64,000 nt of DNA, from assembly GCA_964291495.2 (NCBI GenBank), contig OZ219871.1:256001-320000 (forward strand). Direction: 5' to 3'. The notes below the pieces were generated by a model, which ran no database searches, was not told the DNA's origin, and saw nothing but the letters and a program-made list of their open reading frames with translations. Of this stretch, positions 58,526 through 64,000 are shown one piece after another; the first letter of the stretch is position 1; every line of letters starts with the position of its first letter. The DNA is from Dehalococcoidia bacterium (GTDB taxonomy: Bacteria > Chloroflexota > Dehalococcoidia > UBA2979). Position numbers and translations under genes: made by a program.

Positions 58526-60577
58526 CTAGGCCTCCGCGGCGGCCTGCAGCTCCTTGAGCACCTGCTCCTGCACATGCACCGGCACCTCGGCGTAGCGGTC
58601 GACGGCGACGGTGAAGGTGCCGCGGCCGTTGGTCATCGAGCGGAGGTCCGGGCCATAGCGCTGGATCTCGGCGAGGGGCGCCTCGCCGTGGATCACGCTG
58701 TAGTCGCCCTCGGTGTCCACGCCGTGCACCTGGCCGCGCCGGCCGTTGAGGTCGCTCATCACGTCGCCGACACGGTCGCCGGGGATGCGCACGACGAGCC
58801 GCACGATCGGCTCCAGCAGGATCGGCCGCGCATCGAGGAAGCCCTGCTTCAGCGCCTGCGAGGCGGCCAGCTTGAACGCCATCTCCGAGGAGTCCACCGA
58901 GTGCGATGAGCCGTCGAGCAGCGTCACCCGCACGTCGACGATCGGCGCGTGCGCGAGCGGGCCGTCCGGCAGCGTCTCCATCAGGCCCTTCTCGACCGCG
59001 GGGATGAACTGCCTCGGCACGTTCCCGCCGACGACCTTCTCCTCGAAGCTGAAGCCCGCGCCGCGCTCGGCCGGGTCGATCTCGATGATCACGTGGCCGT
59101 ACTGGCCGTGCCCGCCGGTCTGCTTCTTGTGCTTGTACTCGGACTTCGCCTTCGTGGTGACCGTCTCGCGGTAGGGCACCAGCGGGATGCTTACGTCGAC
59201 CTCGACGCCGTAGTTCTTCTCGAGGCGAGCGGCGGCGATATTCGCCTGCGCGTCGCCGATCGTCGACATCACCGTCTCGCTCGTGTTCGCGTCGCGCGCG
59301 ACGACGATCGTCGGATCCTGCTCGACGAGCCGCTGGAGGGCCGAGGAGAGCTTGTCGACGTCCGCCTTCGTCTTCGGGTGGAGCGCGGAGCGGAACGTCG
59401 CCTCGGGGAACGGCAGGCCGGGCACGCGCTCGCCCTGCGTGTCGCTGGCGAGGAGCGTGTCGCCGGTCATCGTCTCGGCGAGCTTGGCGGCGACGCCGAT
59501 ATCGCCTGCCGCCAGCTGAGGCGTCTCGATCTGCTCCTTGCCGCGCTGGATGAAGAGGTGGCCGAGCCGCTCGTTGGTGCGCCGGTCCGGGTTGTGCGGG
59601 TTGGCGTTCGGCGTTAGCACGCCGCTCAGCACCTTCATGAACGTCAGCCGGCCGACGAAGGGGTCCGCCGCGGTCTTGAAGACATGCACCACCAGCGGCC
59701 CGTCCGCGTCCGTGCTGCAGGAGCCGTCGACCAGCTCGTGCTCGCGGCCCAGCGGCGAGGGCAGCAGCCGCGCGACTTCGTTCATCAGCGTGCGCACGCC
59801 GACGCCGCTCACGGAGCAGACCGGCAGCACCGGCACCACGTCGCCCGCCGCCACGGCCGCGGCCAGCACCTCTGCGACGCGATCGGGCGGCAGCTCCTCG
59901 CCCTCGAGGTACAGCTCGAGCAGCTCGTCGTCGGTCTCCGCGATCGACTCGATCAGTTGCTCGCGCGCCGCCTCGATCTCGTCGGCGAGGTCGTCGGGCG
60001 CCGCGCCGGCGGTCGCGTCGGCGCCCATGCGCGCCTCGCCGCTGGCGAGGTGTACGACGCCCTCGAAGCTGTCGGCGGCGCCGATCGGGATCGCGAGCGG
60101 CACCACCTTCACGCCGAAGCGGTCGCGCATCGATTCGAGGACCTGCTGGAAGTCCGCGTGCTCGCGGTCCATCCGCGTGACGGCGATGAAGCGCGGCAGG
60201 CCGCGCGCCTCCGCCTGGCTCCAGGCCAGCTCGGCGCCGGCCTCGACGCCGCTGGAGGCGTCGACGGCGATGAGCGCCGAGTCGGCGGCGGCGAGGCCGC
60301 TGACGACCTCGCCGATGAAGTCGGCGTAGCCGGGTGTGTCGATCATGTTGAGGCGCGTGCCGGCCCACTCGACGGGGACCATGGAGAGCGAGATGGAGTA
60401 GGTGCGGGCGTGCTCCTCGGGGTCGTAGTCGGAGACGGTGTTGCCGTCCTCGACGCGGCCGAGGCGGTTGGTGACGCCGGAGGCGAAGAGCATCGCCTCG
60501 CCCAGCATCGTCTTCCCCGCCCCGCTGTGGCCCAGCAGTACGACGTTACGAAGCTGTTCGGACGTGTAGGCGTTCAT
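58526..60577 (-). CDS. fusA: Elongation factor G paralog (EF-G2-like)
   Basis: GHSGAGKT, DTPG, PYRET, KKQTGGHGQYG, HSVDSSEMAFK, LLEPI. Confidence 0.9.
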   Translation of the reverse strand: MNAYTSEQLRNVVLLGHSGAGKTMLGEAMLFASGVTNRLGRVEDGNTVSDYDPEEHARTYSISLSMVPVEWAGTRLNMIDTPGYADFIGEVVSGLAAADSALIAVDASSGVEAGAELAWSQAEARGLPRFIAVTRMDREHADFQQVLESMRDRFGVKVVPLAIPIGAADSFEGVVHLASGEARMGADATAGAAPDDLADEIEAAREQLIESIAETDDELLELYLEGEELPPDRVAEVLAAAVAAGDVVPVLPVCSVSGVGVRTLMNEVARLLPSPLGREHELVDGSCSTDADGPLVVHVFKTAADPFVGRLTFMKVLSGVLTPNANPHNPDRRTNERLGHLFIQRGKEQIETPQLAAGDIGVAAKLAETMTGDTLLASDTQGERVPGLPFPEATFRSALHPKTKADVDKLSSALQRLVEQDPTIVVARDANTSETVMSTIGDAQANIAAARLEKNYGVEVDVSIPLVPYRETVTTKAKSEYKHKKQTGGHGQYGHVIIEIDPAERGAGFSFEEKVVGGNVPRQFIPAVEKGLMETLPDGPLAHAPIVDVRVTLLDGSSHSVDSSEMAFKLAASQALKQGFLDARPILLEPIVRLVVRIPGDRVGDVMSDLNGRRGQVHGVDTEGDYSVIHGEAPLAEIQRYGPDLRSMTNGRGTFTVAVDRYAEVPVHVQEQVLKELQAAAEA

Positions 60578-60721
60578 CGTGTCGGCACCCCCTGCGCGCG
60601 TGCTGGCGGCGATGGTACACCGCGCGGGCGCGCGAGGGCAGGCGGCTCAGGCCTCGGGGGCCGTGTCGGCGTGCATTGGTCTGCTGGACTGACGAAACCG
60701 CGCAAGAATACGATCGAGCCG

Positions 60722-61759
60722 ATGACCTCCGACGAGCAAACGCAACGCCTGTGGGCTGAGCCAAATCTTGCACCCACGGACGTGAAGCGCCAGCACTACG
60801 TCCCACAGATGTACCTGAGGAACTTTACGGGTGCGGGCGGGTTGCTGACCGTGCACGACCTTGATGAAGGCAGGCGTTTTGAGGCCTCCCCAAAGGATGT
60901 GGCCGTCACTAAGCGATTCTATGATCTCGGTAGTCCCCCTACCCCGATCTCGACCGAGGGCTGGCTCGCGGACATCGAGAGTGCAGCTGCACCCGCAATA
61001 GCTCGGCTAGCTGCGGACCCATCTGCGTTGGTCGAACTCACGACGGATGAAGAGTCGGCGCTCGCGCGCTTCCTAATGGCGCTCCATCTCAGGGTTCCTG
61101 CGTTTCGCAAGCGGGACCAACGCATCACGGAAGACCTCGTCGAGGACTTGAAACACCGGACGAAGCAGATGCTGAGAGGTGGCGTACTGGGTTTGGAGGG
61201 TACCGAGGCTGCCGAGGCTTGGAAGATATGGGAGTCACTTCCGGACCACTGGTGGCTCGGCCAGAGCGAGCCGCACTCAGAGGCGCAACTCACCGCAGAC
61301 ACTCTTGAGGAGACACAGGGTTTTGCCAACCTCCTCCTTGCGAAGCCGTGGAGAGCAGGCTACGTCCCGGAGGGAATGCAACTCTACACATCCGACAATC
61401 CCATGAGTGCGTGGCTGACACCAGTGCGACCTTGGTGGGAACACGGACGCCTGACAGCCCTAGACTTCTGGATCCCTCTCTCGCCCCGAGTACTCCTCCG
61501 GTTGGGGAAGAAGCGACGCTCAGCTGAGGAGCAACACGAGACTAGACTTCAGGGGCCGCGCGAGTACCGGAACTTTAGCGAATGGGAGACGTCCTTTGCT
61601 CGCCATGTAGTCACGGACAACGCCACGCGGTTCCTCTACGGCGACGCCTTCCCGGTGGACAGAGCGTGTGCAGACAGCTGTATTCGTAGCGTTGAGCGGG
61701 CGATGCTTGACACAGCGACAGAGTTGTCCGACTTCAACCCGTCGCCACCCGCGGTCTAG
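60722..61759 (+). CDS. DUF4238-like protein
   Basis: KRQHYVPQMYLRNF, TSDNP, PLSPRVLL; low GC3. Confidence 0.75.
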   Translation: MTSDEQTQRLWAEPNLAPTDVKRQHYVPQMYLRNFTGAGGLLTVHDLDEGRRFEASPKDVAVTKRFYDLGSPPTPISTEGWLADIESAAAPAIARLAADPSALVELTTDEESALARFLMALHLRVPAFRKRDQRITEDLVEDLKHRTKQMLRGGVLGLEGTEAAEAWKIWESLPDHWWLGQSEPHSEAQLTADTLEETQGFANLLLAKPWRAGYVPEGMQLYTSDNPMSAWLTPVRPWWEHGRLTALDFWIPLSPRVLLRLGKKRRSAEEQHETRLQGPREYRNFSEWETSFARHVVTDNATRFLYGDAFPVDRACADSCIRSVERAMLDTATELSDFNPSPPAV

Positions 61760-61780
61760 GTCCTTAAGGGCCACCCGTGG

Positions 61781-63502
61781 CTAAGCCGCGGCCCGCAGGT
61801 CCAGCACCTCAAGCTGGAGGGTGCCGCGGAAGTTGTCCTTGCTGAACGTGTAGACGATGTCCGCCGCCTCGCCGTCGGGGACGGCGTGCTCGGCGAGGCC
61901 GAAGGCGATCGCGCGCCAGGTGACACGACCCGCCTTCAGCGTGAACTGCAGGTGCGTCCCGTCATTGCCCACCACGCGGCTGTTGAGGATGCGCACCGCC
62001 CTCGAGAGGAAGCGCGGCGTCGGGTTGCCGATGCCGTGCGGACCGAGCTGCTGCAGGCGGCGCAGCAGCTCGCCGTTGACGGCGGCGAGCGGCAGCTCCG
62101 CCTCCACGTCGATCGTCGGCGTCAGGTCCTCGGCCGTCAGGTGCTCGGCGGCGTCGGCCACGAGGCGCGCGCGCAGCTCGGGCAGCCGGGACGCCTCGAT
62201 GCTGAAGCCGGCGGCGGCGCGGTGGCCGCCGTAGCGCAGGAACAGGTCGTCGTGGCGGCGCAGCAGCGCCGTGACGTCGAAGGCGTCGATCGAGCGGCAC
62301 GAGGCACGGCCCTCGCCGTCCGCGATCTGGATCGCGATCGCCGGACGGTGATGCGCCCCGACGAGCCGCCCGGCCACCAGCCCCACAATGCCCGACGAAA
62401 GCTCCTCGCTGGCGACGATCAGCAGCGGTGCGGCCAACTCGTCGGGGGTCAGCAGCCTCTCCGCCAGCTCGAGGGCGGCCGTCGTCTCCTCGCGGCGCTC
62501 GCGGTTGAGCCGGTCGAGCTCGGCGGCGAGGCGGCGCGCCTCGTCGGCGTCGTCAGTCAGCAGCAGCTCCAGCGCGGTGCGGGCGTGCGCCATCCGCCCG
62601 GCGGCGTTGAGCCGCGGGCCGAGCTGCCAGCCGCAGGTGTCGGGATCGGCCTCGGCGAGGTCGACCTTCGCCACCCCGGCGAGGGCACGCAGACCCGGCC
62701 GCTTCGAGCGCCGCAGCGCGTGGAGTCCGATGCGCACCAGGTCACGGTTCTCGCCCAACATCGGCGCGAGGTCGCAGACCGTCCCAAGGGCGACGAGCGC
62801 GCGGTGCTCCTCGGGCGATCCGTCGTGCCCTGCGCGTTCGTAGAGATGGTCGACGACCTTGTGCGCGACGCCGACGGCGGCCGGCTCCGAGCCGTATTGC
62901 GAGCCGGCGAGCTTAGGGTTGACGAGGGCGAGCGCGTCCGGCAGCAGGTCCGGCACGGTGTGGTGGTCGATCACGATCACGTCCATGCCCAGCTCGTTGG
63001 CCAGCTCCACCTCGCGCAGCGCCGAGGTGCCGCAGTCCGCCGTCACCAGCACGCTCGCGCCCTGCGCGTGCAGCGTGCGGACCGCCTGCGGGTTGGGGCC
63101 GTAGCCCTCGCTGAAGCGGTCCGGGATGTAGGGCAGCGGGCGCGCGCCGAGCTCGCGCAGGCCCTCGCTGAGAATCGTCGTCGAGGTCAGCCCGTCGACG
63201 TCGAAGTCGCCGAGGACCGCGACCGTCTCGCCGTCGGCGCAGGCGCGCTGCAGCCGCTCGACGGCGACGTCGAGGTCCGGCATCAGCGCCGGGTCCGTCA
63301 GCTCGCCCGGCTCGCCGAGGTAGGCGATCGCCTCCTCGAGGCTGCGCACGCCGCGGTGCGCGAGCAGGACGGAGATCAGGCGAGGCCACGCCGCGCCCTC
63401 GAAGGCGCCGAGGTCGGGCACGGCGCGCAGGCGCCAGCGGCGTCCGCCGGAGCCGTCGATGAGCCGTGCGCCTGTGGTCGGAGCGGTCGGGTTAGTCGTC
63501 AT
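61781..63502 (-). CDS. recJ: ssDNA exonuclease RecJ
   Basis: GDFDVDG, PDRFSEGYG, DCG, IDHH, PRLNAAGR, GGH.AAAG. Confidence 0.95.
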   Translation of the reverse strand: MTTNPTAPTTGARLIDGSGGRRWRLRAVPDLGAFEGAAWPRLISVLLAHRGVRSLEEAIAYLGEPGELTDPALMPDLDVAVERLQRACADGETVAVLGDFDVDGLTSTTILSEGLRELGARPLPYIPDRFSEGYGPNPQAVRTLHAQGASVLVTADCGTSALREVELANELGMDVIVIDHHTVPDLLPDALALVNPKLAGSQYGSEPAAVGVAHKVVDHLYERAGHDGSPEEHRALVALGTVCDLAPMLGENRDLVRIGLHALRRSKRPGLRALAGVAKVDLAEADPDTCGWQLGPRLNAAGRMAHARTALELLLTDDADEARRLAAELDRLNRERREETTAALELAERLLTPDELAAPLLIVASEELSSGIVGLVAGRLVGAHHRPAIAIQIADGEGRASCRSIDAFDVTALLRRHDDLFLRYGGHRAAAGFSIEASRLPELRARLVADAAEHLTAEDLTPTIDVEAELPLAAVNGELLRRLQQLGPHGIGNPTPRFLSRAVRILNSRVVGNDGTHLQFTLKAGRVTWRAIAFGLAEHAVPDGEAADIVYTFSKDNFRGTLQLEVLDLRAAA

Positions 63503-64000
63503 ACCTCCGGAACAGCAGGGAGGAGTTGTGACCGCCGAAGCCCAGGGAGTTCATCATCGCGTACTCGATGTCCACGTCGCGCGCGCCCTCGGCCACGTAG
63601 TCGAGGTCGCAGTCGGGGTCGGGGATCTCGAGGTTGCGGGTCATGTGGAGGCGCTGGTCGCGGAGCGAGAGCACCGTGACGGCGGATTCGATGCCGCCCG
63701 CCGCACCGAGGGTGTGCCCAAGCATCGACTTCGTCGAGTTGACGGGGATGCCGAGGGCGGACTCGCCGAAAACGGCCTTGATCGACATCGTCTCGAACTT
63801 GTCGTTGAGCGGCGTGCTGGTGCCGTGCGCGTTGATGTAGCCGACGTCGCTCGCGGCGACCCCGCCCTTGCGCAGGGCGATGTTCATCGCACGGGCGGCG
63901 CCCTCCCCGTTCTCCGAGGGCTGCGTGACGTGGAAGGCGTCGGCCGACTGCCCGTAGGAGACGGCCTCTGCGAGGATCGTGGCGCCGCGCGCCTTCGCGT
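63492..64000 (-). CDS. fabF: Beta-ketoacyl-ACP synthase II, partial (5' part outside window)
   Basis: DAFHVT, YINAHGTST, STKSMLGH.LGAAG, NSLGFGGHN. Confidence 0.93.
   Translation of the reverse strand, partial: AKARGATILAEAVSYGQSADAFHVTQPSENGEGAARAMNIALRKGGVAASDVGYINAHGTSTPLNDKFETMSIKAVFGESALGIPVNSTKSMLGHTLGAAGGIESAVTVLSLRDQRLHMTRNLEIPDPDCDLDYVAEGARDVDIEYAMMNSLGFGGHNSSLLFRRYDD

Overview
This is a high-GC bacterial chromosome segment. Gene content suggests Chloroflexota, probably Dehalococcoidia/SAR202- or Tepidiformales-like (inference). From left to right it holds: (1) an Aap/Bzt-type amino-acid ABC operon, tRNA-Arg(UCU), a thiolase-like gene and ppk1; (2) a catabolic cluster with three family III CoA-transferases, an LLM monooxygenase, a nitronate monooxygenase, a nitroreductase and a Dpp/Opp-type ABC set; (3) cell-envelope genes; (4) tyrA-aroA-gmk; (5) an aromatic-biosynthesis supercluster trpE-G-D-C-F...trpB...trpA-aroH-aroF, interrupted by several inserted genes; (6) scpA, ribF, tyrS, an EF-G paralog, recJ and partial fabF. 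Three observations stand out. First, the trpE leader combines a Trp-specific T-box riboswitch with an unannotated 40-codon leader ORF that has three tandem Trp codons and a stop overlapping the trpE start, suggesting two-tier tRNA-Trp sensing. Second, a metal island between trpF and trpB encodes a ~111-aa His/Glu/Asp/Cys repeat protein (6x HECDEHEHH), a CDF exporter with a very long His/Asp tail, two 25-bp operator-like repeats and a divergent partner-switching signalling cassette. Third, there are insertion scars and solitary candidate defence genes. All calls come from motif recognition by eye; no database searches were run.
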